Part shown: positions 11,216 to 20,816 of the stretch, piece after piece
How the letters are laid out: each line of letters starts with the position of its first letter
Numbering within the stretch: position 1 is the stretch's first letter
Assembly: GCA_001774685.1 (NCBI GenBank)
Contig: MFAS01000001.1
Location: forward strand, 9,268 to 73,267
DNA length: 64,000 bases
Source of the DNA: Candidatus Collierbacteria bacterium RIFOXYD2_FULL_45_13
GTDB taxonomy: Bacteria > Patescibacteriota > Microgenomatia > UBA1400 > MFAQ01
Direction: 5' to 3'
Program-made: the position numbers and the translations under genes
The notes under the pieces: generated by a model
The model's database searches: none
What the model was told of the DNA's origin: nothing
Seen by the model: only the letters and a program-made list of their open reading frames with translations

Positions 11216-11950
11216 ATGTCACGACCACCATTTTTAGTCACTGCCCGCAATGGGCGCTCTCACTTTTTTGTTGGACCGTTCCTCCCTCGAGCCATGGCCA
11301 TCGCTGCCCAAGAGGCATACGCCAAGGTGATCATCCGTCTTGCCGGTGGTATGAACAATGGCGATGCCATCTTCCCCTTCTTCGACAACGCCCTAGTTAA
11401 CGTATCCGGCTCGATCCTTATGAGCGGAGGTACCCGGTGCTTTGACGAAAAAGGTGCCATTCAAGCTTCCGTTGTCGAAGTCGCCGCTAAGATCGGCTCC
11501 CGTTACAACAACATCTCGATGGGCAGCTTCCCCCGTACCGCACGTTTCGGTTTCGTCGACGATGGACGTTTCATGGTCGGGGATGGTGAAAACGTAACTG
11601 TCAACATGGGAACCGACTTTGTCTGCGCTATCCAACCCGGACCGGAAGACAATCAAGTCTTGGGCTGGGATGGTGACCTCGAAGCCTATCTCTCCTTCAT
11701 GGATGGTTTACGTCGTGAGAATGGCTTTTTGGCCGGTGTCATCGTTTGGAATGGGGGCCGGGTAACCATTCAAGAAGCCATCAAAGCCCGTGATCGTGGC
11801 TTCCACGTATACGTAGTCTCTGGTTCCGGACGCGCAGCCGACTCTGAGCTGGCTCCAGCTAATTTTTCAGGATCAAATATCTTTCATGTACCCATGAACA
11901 ATCCCCGTACCCTGGCCGACCTACTTTCAGAACACCACTTCACTCTCTAA
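11216..11950 (+). CDS. SLOG-superfamily protein, TRPM-like LSDAT type (copy B)
   Basis: RLAGGM, MSGGT, GSFP, WDGD, NGGRVTIQEA, VVSGSGRAAD; abuts copy A (TAA-ATG) with AGGAGG SD. Confidence 0.7.
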   Translation: MSRPPFLVTARNGRSHFFVGPFLPRAMAIAAQEAYAKVIIRLAGGMNNGDAIFPFFDNALVNVSGSILMSGGTRCFDEKGAIQASVVEVAAKIGSRYNNISMGSFPRTARFGFVDDGRFMVGDGENVTVNMGTDFVCAIQPGPEDNQVLGWDGDLEAYLSFMDGLRRENGFLAGVIVWNGGRVTIQEAIKARDRGFHVYVVSGSGRAADSELAPANFSGSNIFHVPMNNPRTLADLLSEHHFTL

Positions 11951-11959
11951 CAACATTCC

Positions 11960-11983
11960 AGACCCTCTCACGAGGGTCTTTTT
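11960..11983 (+). terminator. Intrinsic terminator of the SLOG pair
   Basis: AGACCCTC-tcac-GAGGGTCT-TTTT. Confidence 0.75.
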
Positions 11984-12017
11984 ATTGCCAAATTATTAAG
12001 TAATGTTATATTTAATT

Positions 12018-12191
12018 ATGCCCAAAAAAGCTGCCCGCAAAAAAACCGTTACCAAGAGCACCAAGGTTACGAGACGCGTCAAAGCCGTCAAATCCTTCAC
12101 TTTGTCCGATAAACAAGACAGTTACCTTCCCCTGCTACTTGTAATCCTCTTTGCTTCGGTAATCTTCCTTCTTATCGCTCTGACTTTCTAG
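12018..12191 (+). CDS. Small membrane protein with basic N-terminus
   Basis: K/R-rich N-terminus and one C-terminal TM; TGnTATATT just before ATG. Confidence 0.6.
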   Translation: MPKKAARKKTVTKSTKVTRRVKAVKSFTLSDKQDSYLPLLLVILFASVIFLLIALTF

Positions 12192-12214
12192 CCAACCTCC
12201 GCCAACTAACAATA

Positions 12215-12236
12215 AACCCAGGCTTTCACCTGGGTT
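12215..12236. terminator. Hairpin between convergent genes
   Basis: AACCCAGG-ctttca-CCTGGGTT. Confidence 0.55.
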
Positions 12237-12240
12237 AAAA

Positions 12241-12555
12241 CTATCCCAATCTAAGGGATCTTCTTGTCTTCATAAATTCGATTGCTTCCTTGAAGCCCAA
12301 GACCTTCCCTCTTGAAAATTCGATTTCATTTTCCGGGACGGAACTTTGACGAATCAACACGCCGTCGATCTTCATTGGAAACCTGGCAGGGTTGTCAGTG
12401 ACCAGACCCCCCATGAGGAAAAGGAAATGGTCGATATCGGTATTAACCAAACGTATCAGGCAGTTTCCATTACCTGCCTCTATGATCAGAACTTCAAAAT
12501 AGTACCCCGCGTGGGGGTTTGCAGGCACAAATCGTACCTGATTGCTTTCGTCCAT
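12241..12555 (-). CDS. Hypothetical protein (104 aa)
   Basis: AAGGAG SD before ATG; downstream hairpin. Confidence 0.6.
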   Translation of the reverse strand: MDESNQVRFVPANPHAGYYFEVLIIEAGNGNCLIRLVNTDIDHFLFLMGGLVTDNPARFPMKIDGVLIRQSSVPENEIEFSRGKVLGFKEAIEFMKTRRSLRLG

Positions 12556-12676
12556 TTTAACTCCTTAATGTACTAGATTTTAGGTTGGGTAATTCTACAC
12601 CCAAAAGCCCCATAATACAACTAATAGCCTCAATTTTGGGCAAAAAATCGCCCCACCATCTGGCGGGGCATCATTA

Positions 12677-12883
12677 TTAGTCTTCGGCTTCATTTTCGAC
12701 GATTAATGCTTCATCGGCTCCATGCCGCGCATCACGGCGCTGAGCGAACAACACCTTGTCTTCCCTATCATCCCACTCACGGAAACGATCCGAGTTCCCG
12801 CGTGACGCGTGATCTTGACGACGTCCGCGCCCTGTCTGCATGAACTTCGCACGGTTATTCTCTTTTTCTTTCAGCGGATCCAA
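12677..12883 (-). CDS. Hypothetical charged small protein
   Basis: GGAGG SD before TTG at 12883; GCCCC/GGGGC hairpin plus T run at 12642-12669. Confidence 0.5.
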   Translation of the reverse strand: MDPLKEKENNRAKFMQTGRGRRQDHASRGNSDRFREWDDREDKVLFAQRRDARHGADEALIVENEAED

Positions 12884-12993
12884 AGTTCCTCCATTGAGCA
12901 AAAATATTTGGATTCAAAGCAAAAAGGAAAGGTCTGCGGTTGTAATTTCAAACCTACAGCCGTATTCTATCCCCATAGTAATCTATTTGCAAC

Positions 12994-14199
12994 CTATTCA
13001 ATCACTCCGCCACCCAAGCATTCTCCTTCGTGGGAGTAGAAGACTGCACTTTGGCCTGGCGCGATTCCTCGAACAGGCTTATCCAATATTACGAGCAAGC
13101 CTCTCTCAATCTCCATCCCCCTAGCACCTATCAACTCCCCTCCATGTCGTATTCTCACGAGCAGATCATTCAGGTTCCATTTTGTGTTCGATACCCTGTT
13201 CACGCTTCCCACTTCAAGCTGATCCCCCATTGCCCCAATCGCCTCCGCCACCACCAGCTCATTCCTCTTGGCGTCTTTCGCTATTACATAAAAAATCGGT
13301 GTCACATCTCCCATTTCGGTTTTTATAGTTTTGAGTTTTTGAGTTTTTGAGTTTTGTAGCCACCCTCCCCTTTGACCTATTGTATAAAACCATACTCCAT
13401 CGTGAGCACCCACCTCGAGGCCTTCAGTATCCAGCACCTTACCGAGAACCACTTTTAGCCTTCTGGCCAAAAACTCTCGCACCTCTACGTTGCCTACAAA
13501 ACAAATCCCTTGACTGTCCTTCCTGTCCGCCACCGAAAGCTTTGCCTCTTTGGCCAGCACTCTAACTTCATTTTTCGTCAAATCTCCCAAAGGGAAAAAT
13601 ACGTGGCTTAATTCCTTTTGCGTCAGCTTCCACAAAAAATAAGTCTGGTCTTTATGCTTATCCTTTGGAATAAAAAGCGAAACCAAATCCGGTACAGAAG
13701 CGGACTCTTTACTCAAAGTTTTCGAGTTTTCGGGTTTTCGAGTTTTTTTCAATTTCGCGTAATGTCCTGTCGCAATATAGTCAAACCCGTTCTCTATCGC
13801 CCAATCCAAAAAAAGCCCAAACTTTATTTCACTATTACAGAGCACGTCCGGATTTGGCGTCCTACCAGCTTCATATTCTTCATAAAAATACTTGATTACT
13901 CTCTGGTTATATTCCTCTGAAAAATCCAACACCTTAAATGGAACCTCCAGTTCCAAAGCGGTTTTAAGTGCCATTTGTCTATCCTCATCCGCCCGACAGC
14001 CGTTTTTCTTGAACCATTCTTCTCGAGTTTTTTCATCCACCCGTCTGCCGGCAGGTAGATCTTTCTCTATCTCACTTTTAGGAGGCCAGCAATAGAGATG
14101 AACTCCGACCACGTCATAGCCTGCCTTTTTCAAAAGCATGGCGCTCACCGCGCTATCAACACCTCCAGAAATCCCAACGGCTACTTTTTTGCGATTCAC
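12994..14199 (-). CDS. mnmA: tRNA-specific 2-thiouridylase MnmA
   Basis: SGGVDS, GRTPNPDVLCN, ATGHYA, KDQTYFL, DSQGICFVG, YTIGQR, APGQSAVFY. Confidence 0.97.
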   Translation of the reverse strand: MNRKKVAVGISGGVDSAVSAMLLKKAGYDVVGVHLYCWPPKSEIEKDLPAGRRVDEKTREEWFKKNGCRADEDRQMALKTALELEVPFKVLDFSEEYNQRVIKYFYEEYEAGRTPNPDVLCNSEIKFGLFLDWAIENGFDYIATGHYAKLKKTRKPENSKTLSKESASVPDLVSLFIPKDKHKDQTYFLWKLTQKELSHVFFPLGDLTKNEVRVLAKEAKLSVADRKDSQGICFVGNVEVREFLARRLKVVLGKVLDTEGLEVGAHDGVWFYTIGQRGGWLQNSKTQKLKTIKTEMGDVTPIFYVIAKDAKRNELVVAEAIGAMGDQLEVGSVNRVSNTKWNLNDLLVRIRHGGELIGARGMEIERGLLVILDKPVRGIAPGQSAVFYSHEGECLGGGVIE

Positions 14200-14251
14200 A
14201 GCCTATATTTTACCTTATCTTTATCTGTTTTACCCAAGTCAACAAATAATA

Positions 14252-14422
14252 TTAGGCTCTCTGCTTCTTCGTCGCTTCTTTTATTCGAAACTCACTCTGC
14301 CCCTGCTTTTTGTCTTTCAATACCTCACTTTTTCTCTCGACACCTTTTTTCAACAGCTCTTCCTTGCTCTCACCAAACTGATTATGAAAACTTGGACTGT
14401 ATACCGTACTCTTCTGCCTCAT
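14252..14422 (-). CDS. Hypothetical basic small protein (56 aa, not in ORF track)
   Basis: MRQKSTVYSPSF...KKQRA; TGnTACAAT 6 nt before ATG, matching the local leaderless pattern. Confidence 0.45.
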   Translation of the reverse strand: MRQKSTVYSPSFHNQFGESKEELLKKGVERKSEVLKDKKQGQSEFRIKEATKKQRA

Positions 14423-14441
14423 GAAAAAATTGTAGCATATA

Positions 14442-14630
14442 TTACCCTCTTTTTTCTCCTCCTCCCCCTACAACATCCAGCTTAGGAGCCTCTTTACCCG
14501 TTATCCCCCTCTCTTTTTCCTCTGACCTCCTAAGGGCTTCCTGAACACGTCTTTCTATATCAGCCATCTTCGCTTCTAACTCAGCCGCCTCTTTTTCTTT
14601 TTGTAGTTTGATACGGTCGGTTAAATTCAT
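14442..14630 (-). CDS. Hypothetical coiled-coil small protein
   Basis: MNLTDRIKLQKEKEAAELE...; TATAAT 7 nt before ATG. Confidence 0.55.
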   Translation of the reverse strand: MNLTDRIKLQKEKEAAELEAKMADIERRVQEALRRSEEKERGITGKEAPKLDVVGGGGEKRG

Positions 14631-14655
14631 GAATAATATTATAACCCGGCTACTT

Positions 14656-15579
14656 TTATATGCTAACCATCCTACCCGCCACATTTATTTCAGGGAAAGC
14701 CTTCTCAAACCACTTAAACTGGGCCGTTCGGTTTACTTCCAATATTCTCCATTGCTTGCTGTCCTCATCCCAGGCCACATCCAAACCGGCAAAGTTTGCC
14801 TTCAAAACCTTCACCGCCTCGACGCTCAATTTCTCCAGCTCAGCCATTTGTTCCTTGGTAAACTTTGGTTTAATTTTAGACAGTTCCTCTTGTTGCGCCA
14901 GCACCTGGAACTTATCTTTTTGTCTATGTTTCATCATACCTAAAACTTCACCATTCAAAACCAGCACACGGTACCATCGTCTGATTTTCAGAACCGGCTG
15001 AATCAAAACGTCTCCCTCACTATATTTCAGAGCTAGCTTATTAAGTCGTACGATCGTCTCAGCCAGTTTTACATTCTTACCGTGAGATCCAAAGCGGGCC
15101 TTTACCATCACCGGAACGAACTCACTTTTTCTCTTTTCCAAAATCTCCGAATATCTCTTCCAACCTCGCTGTCCTCTAAAGGATACAAAGGGAATCACCG
15201 GCAACCCAGCCTCGGCAAGCAGCAATCCTTGTTCGAGTTTACCCATCAAGGGAAAAAACTTAAAACTTTCCCCATTAATAACTTTGATTTCTCTTTCTGC
15301 CGACCTCGTCTGCTCTAGGTATTCCAATATCACCGACTTCACCCCCAGCATCGATTCACCACCCCGTTTGGTAGCCGCTCTGGGGATAATCAGGTCGTAT
15401 TCGTCAAGTTTTCTTCCTGTTCCCAAATCCACTATTGGTCTACCCATTTTGCTCACACCAATCCGGACATGCTCATAATTTACCTTATCCACGCCATACC
15501 CAAGCTTCACGGCCTCCTCCGCCAACCGCCTTGGCTCATACTCACCCCTAAATCTGGTTAGTATTAATATCTTTTTCAT
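14656..15579 (-). CDS. RimK-family ATP-grasp ligase
   Basis: LIIPR, VKARFGSHGKNV, LIQP, YRVLV, AGLDV, LEVNRTAQF. Confidence 0.85.
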   Translation of the reverse strand: MKKILILTRFRGEYEPRRLAEEAVKLGYGVDKVNYEHVRIGVSKMGRPIVDLGTGRKLDEYDLIIPRAATKRGGESMLGVKSVILEYLEQTRSAEREIKVINGESFKFFPLMGKLEQGLLLAEAGLPVIPFVSFRGQRGWKRYSEILEKRKSEFVPVMVKARFGSHGKNVKLAETIVRLNKLALKYSEGDVLIQPVLKIRRWYRVLVLNGEVLGMMKHRQKDKFQVLAQQEELSKIKPKFTKEQMAELEKLSVEAVKVLKANFAGLDVAWDEDSKQWRILEVNRTAQFKWFEKAFPEINVAGRMVSI

Positions 15580-16511
15580 TATTTTGATTTTTTGAGTTTT
15601 TGAGTTTTTCCGAACTTTTCAACACAATACTCCAATATTTTCCTAGCTGCATTTATTTTTGTTCTTTTTTCGAACACTTTGAACTGGGGGGCCTCATTTA
15701 CTTCGATGATATAAACTTTTCCATTTTCGGTGCTCCTCACCAAGTCAGTCCCGGCCACTTCCACCCCAAGGACTCTCGCCGCCGCCTCAGCTGTCTCCTT
15801 GACATCATCCGGCAAGTCCACACCAAGTGACCGTCCCAAGCTTTTATTCAATATCAACTTTTCTTCTTTCACTTGGCGCTTAAATCCTCCCAAACACTTA
15901 TAGCCAACCGTCATAACTCTAAAGTCTCCATCATTCTTTATATACTCTTGCACCAAGAAACCACGGAAGACTGGTACCTTTTTATTAGCCAACCTTGCCT
16001 TTTCCTTCCTTCCTTCCAGAACGTGTTTCAGTTTCTCCAAGTCTGCCAGCTCTCTTACCCAAAAAGTTCCCATCCCGTGTCTGCCACCAGCCGACAGTTT
16101 CACAATGGCCGGTAACTCCCAAGACCCCAGCTCTTTTTCCAAGTCCTTAAAGCTCTCTACATACGCCGACTTAGGATAAAGAACACCAGCATCTGCTAAT
16201 TGCCAGCTCATTACCGACTTAAATCTTCTCAATGGTCCATCAGTCATCAAGTACTCATCCACTACAGATACATTATGTTTCTTGGCGTAGAGCTGCAGCA
16301 ACTTACTCCACTCCAACTCCGATCCTACAGACCGAAAGTACCACCCATCAAAGCTCTTCATGTCCATCTCCCCAAACATAATTTTATCGCCTACCAGTTT
16401 CAGTTTTCTGTACTTTACCGGCACCAATTCAATTCCCAAAACACCTGCCTCGTCTTGAAACCTTTTCTCACTCTCGTCAAATGTCAGTCTGTGTAGATAT
16501 GCAATTTTCAT
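15579..16511 (-). CDS. RimK-family ATP-grasp ligase
   Basis: IVKLSAGGRHGMG, LVQEYI, DFRV, AGTDLV, IEVNEAPQF. Confidence 0.88.
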   Translation of the reverse strand: MKIAYLHRLTFDESEKRFQDEAGVLGIELVPVKYRKLKLVGDKIMFGEMDMKSFDGWYFRSVGSELEWSKLLQLYAKKHNVSVVDEYLMTDGPLRRFKSVMSWQLADAGVLYPKSAYVESFKDLEKELGSWELPAIVKLSAGGRHGMGTFWVRELADLEKLKHVLEGRKEKARLANKKVPVFRGFLVQEYIKNDGDFRVMTVGYKCLGGFKRQVKEEKLILNKSLGRSLGVDLPDDVKETAEAAARVLGVEVAGTDLVRSTENGKVYIIEVNEAPQFKVFEKRTKINAARKILEYCVEKFGKTQKLKKSK

Positions 16512-16536
16512 ATTCAGTTAATTAAATTCATTTACC

Positions 16537-16648
16537 AAACATCTTTGAAGGTGCAGAAGACTAGCCAACAACCGCACGCAGGCGGGAACCCGGTACTCCA
16601 GGGAGATCCGAGTACGGTTTTGGCGGGCTTCGAACCAATAAGATGTTT
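16537..16648. repeat. ~110-nt structured intergenic element, copy 1
   Basis: Core shared with 48594-48707 and 55411-55520; outer stem AAACATCTT/AAGATGTTT. Confidence 0.85.
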
Positions 16649-16661
16649 CATAATAATATTT

Positions 16662-17966
16662 CTACTTTCTAATTTTTACCAGACCAGGATCCACCACAAA
16701 CTCTCTCAGATCCCGTCGCCCGATTAATAACTGCCTTCTCAGGTTTTTTCTGTCCGTCACACTCGCTCTGGTCTTGATTATTCTACCCTTAAGCTTGAGA
16801 GTTAGGGCAATCAGAGTTCTCTCCTCAATACCCAGGGAATTTTTTACCTTCTTTGTCCACAATACATTTTCTGGAGTCAGCAATCCTAACTCAAGCGCCA
16901 GGGAATAATCAATCGACGAGCTCCTGGCTCCGGTATCAATTTTCGCGTTTAGCTCAACCATTTTCTTCTTCCCGTTTCGTACTTTTATTTTTTCGAAGAT
17001 ACCCACCACCGGCTTCTCTTCCCCTATGAATCGGACTCTATTGGCGAACTTGCTGGCAAAAAGGGCCTTACCGATTTTGACCCCTTTTTCGGCCTCCTCC
17101 ACTTCTAGCCCCTCAACTCTCTCCAATCTTCTCCGCAAACCAGCCATGTTCGCGATCTGAATAGACAAACCAGGCTGATCATTTAGCTCCAAGACCACCG
17201 GACCTTTTTCTTCGTCAATCAGCATGTCTACGGACAGGTAGTTTAATTTAGAAATAATCTGTGTCTCTACAGCCATCTTTAATATTTTGTTCCAATAAGG
17301 AATTGTTATTCCGTTCACTTTATTATTAGAATCCGGAAAATATTTCACCGATCTGTTTTTGTACACTCCGTGAGTCGTAATTCCCGTCGCAATATCAATC
17401 CCCAACCCGATGGCTCCTTGGTGGAGATTGGCTTTACCGTTACTTTCATCCGTTGGCAGGCGCAACATAGCCATCACCGGAATGTTATTGTAGACAATCA
17501 CCCGAACGTCAGGGGCTCCACCCACCGCCAATTTTTTAAACTTTGGATGTATCTTTATTCTTTCCTCGATCATCGCTTTGTCCGGCAAATTGTTATGTGA
17601 GTACTTTCCTTCTGCGATATCCATTGAGTGCAAGATCAAATCTTCAACTTTTATCTTTTTATCGTCCACTGTCAAAAACACCCCGTTCTCCTTCGCCGCC
17701 CTTTTAACTAAGACGATTCCTTGCCCTCCAAACCCTTGAACCGGTTTAATCGCAAACCCCTCTTTCAACTTATTCCAGTTATACAGTCGGGCAGCCTTTG
17801 CGTTCCCAATAGTTCCCAATAATCCTGGATGAGCCACTCCGGCTTTTTTAAGCATCTTCTTGGTGAGTAATTTGTCATCCGCCCTACGCCGAGCACTCTT
17901 CAGATTCAGCAGCAAGTAATCAGCCGAACGGGCATTTAGACCCAATATGTCGGATAGTTTTGGCAT
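16662..17966 (-). CDS. Alpha-L-glutamate-ligase-like ATP-grasp protein fused to a C-terminal RimK-associated aspartic-protease-like domain
   Basis: ILGLNAR, DDKLLTK, KPVQGFGGQGI, PDVRVIV, GKANLHQGAIG, LELNDQPGLSIQIAN; C-terminal AKIDTGA and LLIGRRDL. Confidence 0.85.
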   Translation of the reverse strand: MPKLSDILGLNARSADYLLLNLKSARRRADDKLLTKKMLKKAGVAHPGLLGTIGNAKAARLYNWNKLKEGFAIKPVQGFGGQGIVLVKRAAKENGVFLTVDDKKIKVEDLILHSMDIAEGKYSHNNLPDKAMIEERIKIHPKFKKLAVGGAPDVRVIVYNNIPVMAMLRLPTDESNGKANLHQGAIGLGIDIATGITTHGVYKNRSVKYFPDSNNKVNGITIPYWNKILKMAVETQIISKLNYLSVDMLIDEEKGPVVLELNDQPGLSIQIANMAGLRRRLERVEGLEVEEAEKGVKIGKALFASKFANRVRFIGEEKPVVGIFEKIKVRNGKKKMVELNAKIDTGARSSSIDYSLALELGLLTPENVLWTKKVKNSLGIEERTLIALTLKLKGRIIKTRASVTDRKNLRRQLLIGRRDLREFVVDPGLVKIRK

Positions 17967-18832
17967 TATTTGGATAATAGCTTTCTAAATCGCCAAACCT
18001 CTGACAACCTTAATCCTTTATATTTCCCAATGAGCAGGTCCAGCACCAGAATCAAAATTGCCGATATTTCCGGCTGCAACAGGATCTGATTCTGGATCCA
18101 AGTCGAACTCATCAGCTTATAGGCAATAAATGCCAGAATTATTGTCTCCATTGTCATCCCCAGAGATGTCGAAACGCTTCTCGTAATTTGGGTTTCTATA
18201 AACGTCTCTGCTAATAGGACAAAAATCATAATCGGGAAAATACCCACGTTCATTAATCTCTCTAAACCAATCATCGGAGACATAATTAGAAGCCCCAGCA
18301 CCGCAATTGAAATTAACCAAATCAATACGGCCAATTTAGGTAAATAGGGAATCCTGGCTTTCTTTATAGCCATTCGTCCAAAAACAGCCGATGTCATCAC
18401 GAAAGATAAAAGTACCAACCCAACCATCCCTCCGGTCGACACAAAAGCAATAGATAGCAACGCCGGTACGATCATTCCAAAGCCATTAACTCCGACCACT
18501 TGTCGTGAAAATGCCACCAAAGCAGCTACCAGTGGAAAGAGGAAAAGCAAAACAAGTGTGTTTGGCGACACCCCATCAGCCACGGCTTTTCGAATCGCCA
18601 GTTTCAGCGAGTTCACGACCCACCAACCCTTCACCTGTTGAGTTTCCAATAAAGTCGTTAACCTGTCCCCGTCTGCTTTGGGAACCGTAAGATCAATTTC
18701 TTGAGTCTCTTGTTGGGCAGAACCGGTCGCCACAATTTCCCCAAAAGAAGGCTTTTGAGAGTTCACTGCCAAAATTCCGACAGGAAGGCTAAAAAAACAG
18801 AGCAATGTCAGGATTATTACCATTCTTTTCAT
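17966..18832 (-). CDS. 7TM membrane protein of the type associated with ATP-grasp ligase operons
   Basis: Multiple TM helices, RQVVGVNGFG, GIFPIMI, GKYKGLRLSEVWRF. Confidence 0.8.
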   Translation of the reverse strand: MKRMVIILTLLCFFSLPVGILAVNSQKPSFGEIVATGSAQQETQEIDLTVPKADGDRLTTLLETQQVKGWWVVNSLKLAIRKAVADGVSPNTLVLLFLFPLVAALVAFSRQVVGVNGFGMIVPALLSIAFVSTGGMVGLVLLSFVMTSAVFGRMAIKKARIPYLPKLAVLIWLISIAVLGLLIMSPMIGLERLMNVGIFPIMIFVLLAETFIETQITRSVSTSLGMTMETIILAFIAYKLMSSTWIQNQILLQPEISAILILVLDLLIGKYKGLRLSEVWRFRKLLSK

Positions 18833-18926
18833 GTCACGTATTTTACCGCATATCGAGATGGCAAACCAGTCGTTTGCCCTAATAAGTTGACAAATACGTA
18901 AAATTGTTACATTCTATATCTATATT

Positions 18927-20009
18927 ATGAAAAACTCTTACGGCCCAAGTTCGTTTGGTTTATCAAAAAAACTTCCCAATAGGCACATCAAAGCCCTATG
19001 GTTAATCGCCCTTTTGGTTATAGGCCTTCCATTGTTGGCCTTTGCCGCCAGTTTGACCACTAATCTAACCCCCAAAGCCTTCACCCCCACCGGCCAAACG
19101 ATCTGCAAAGAGGCCGTCAAAACCTATAAGTTTGAAAAGCCCTGCACCTTGCCCAGTATTAGCCCAAGCAACACTCCTAGCGTTACACCCACCGGTATCG
19201 CCGGAGGTGGAGTTAATAGGGCATATTACAGTATTACTTATACTTGTATAGATGGTTATCAGGGCACGATCGACGAGAAGTCCTGCCAGTCTGGTAACAA
19301 GCTTTTGACCCAAGTGTATGCTATTTGTGGCGAACACAGCCGAATCAAAAGTCTTTCCTATGCAGACCCTTGCCGTCCGACTTTCACCACACCCACCGTT
19401 ACTGTAGCTCCTAGCCCCACCACCTCTGGTCCTCAATACTACAAGACGGTAAACTACGTCTGTGCAGACGGTTACGCGGGAGTATACACATCCGTTTGTC
19501 AGAACCGAAGAGATCTCTCGGATCAGGTCATGGGTTTGTGTAAGAACCATTCAATCTGTCCCAAACCATCAGCAACACCTACCCTTACAACCACCATTAT
19601 CCCCACGAGGACTATCACCCCGATTCCACCCATTACCATTACCGATACAGTTACAAGCAATGTCGCGCCAGTAATAACCACCACCGTCCTACCGGCCGGA
19701 AACATAAACTCCACCTACGGTGGCAGCGTGGACGCCATCGATGCCAATCAAAAAGATCAGCTAACAATGACCATGTCCGGGTTACCCTTTGGACTGAGCC
19801 AAGGTCCTTGCGCTTCTTTGAGCACCGGAGGCAAAATTACCTGCTACATTTCCGGCACACCGGCAAACACAGGTATTTATACCGTCAAAGTGAACGTCAA
19901 AGATAATCGTGGAGGTTCGACAGACAAATCTCTCACCCTCTCCGTGTATGAAGGACGGCCAAGTCCCACACCTCTCTTTACGCCCATCGTTCCGCCACCA
20001 ATCAACTAG
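18927..20009 (+). CDS. Surface protein: N-terminal TM, two Cys-rich repeats, P/T linkers, C-terminal putative Ig domain
   Basis: YxCxDGYxG...C...C..HS occurs twice; APVITTTVLP..SGLPFGL..ISGTP..VKDNRGG. Confidence 0.7.
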   Translation: MKNSYGPSSFGLSKKLPNRHIKALWLIALLVIGLPLLAFAASLTTNLTPKAFTPTGQTICKEAVKTYKFEKPCTLPSISPSNTPSVTPTGIAGGGVNRAYYSITYTCIDGYQGTIDEKSCQSGNKLLTQVYAICGEHSRIKSLSYADPCRPTFTTPTVTVAPSPTTSGPQYYKTVNYVCADGYAGVYTSVCQNRRDLSDQVMGLCKNHSICPKPSATPTLTTTIIPTRTITPIPPITITDTVTSNVAPVITTTVLPAGNINSTYGGSVDAIDANQKDQLTMTMSGLPFGLSQGPCASLSTGGKITCYISGTPANTGIYTVKVNVKDNRGGSTDKSLTLSVYEGRPSPTPLFTPIVPPPIN

Positions 20010-20026
20010 AAAAAGGCAACTAAAAA

Positions 20027-20050
20027 AAGCTCTCCGAAAGGAGAGTTCTT
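20027..20050 (+). terminator. Probable terminator
   Basis: CTCTCC-gaaa-GGAGAG followed by TTCTT. Confidence 0.55.
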
Positions 20051-20088
20051 ATTGATTCGCAGATCGGCTTCTTCTATACTCATAGTAT

Positions 20089-20751
20089 ATGGAAAATCAG
20101 AATGTTCCGCTCCAACCGGTTAACATCGAAGCCCCTTCACTGGAAAAACCCAAAAACTTTTACCAACGGCTTTCCGCAAAACAAAGAAAGTCCATCATTG
20201 TTATCATCCTCATCGCCATTTTTCTTCCGATAGTTACCGCTGTCTCCCTGCTCGCTACGAGAATCAATTCCAAAGCTTTTCTTCCCGGGAGTATCGTTAC
20301 TCCCATTCCCACACGCACACCCCGCACCTCTCCTACGGTTGGCACTATCCACGGAAATCCGACCCCTCCACCCATCTCCACTCCTTCTGTTATTACACCT
20401 ACTACTGTGGGCAACGTCTCACCTCAAATCACCACTACATCTTTGCCCATGGCTTTTGCCGGAAAGCCATATTCGGCTACCATGGACGCCACGGACGCAA
20501 ACATCACAGACGTCTTGTCTCTGACCGCCACAGGACTTCCAACGGGTCTTACCCTCGGCTCATGTGCCTCAATTACCAACAGCGGACAAATTACTTGTAC
20601 CATTACAGGCACCGCCACCGTGATCAAATCATACAACGTCCTTATCACCGCCACCGACAATCAAGGCGGTTCAATTTCCAAATACTTCCCCTTGTCTGTG
20701 GTTGTAATACCTGTACAGTCCGGCCCGGGTGGTATTGAAGTCGTCGAATAA
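20089..20751 (+). CDS. Surface protein paralog with putative Ig domain
   Basis: TM, P/T-rich linker, PQITTTSLP..TGLPTGL..ITGT..ATDNQGG. Confidence 0.7.
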   Translation: MENQNVPLQPVNIEAPSLEKPKNFYQRLSAKQRKSIIVIILIAIFLPIVTAVSLLATRINSKAFLPGSIVTPIPTRTPRTSPTVGTIHGNPTPPPISTPSVITPTTVGNVSPQITTTSLPMAFAGKPYSATMDATDANITDVLSLTATGLPTGLTLGSCASITNSGQITCTITGTATVIKSYNVLITATDNQGGSISKYFPLSVVVIPVQSGPGGIEVVE

Positions 20752-20816
20752 GTCTTTCCATACAATAAACCAAACCCCGCCGGTTGGCGGGGTGATCGGT
20801 AAAGATTCTTCTCTTT

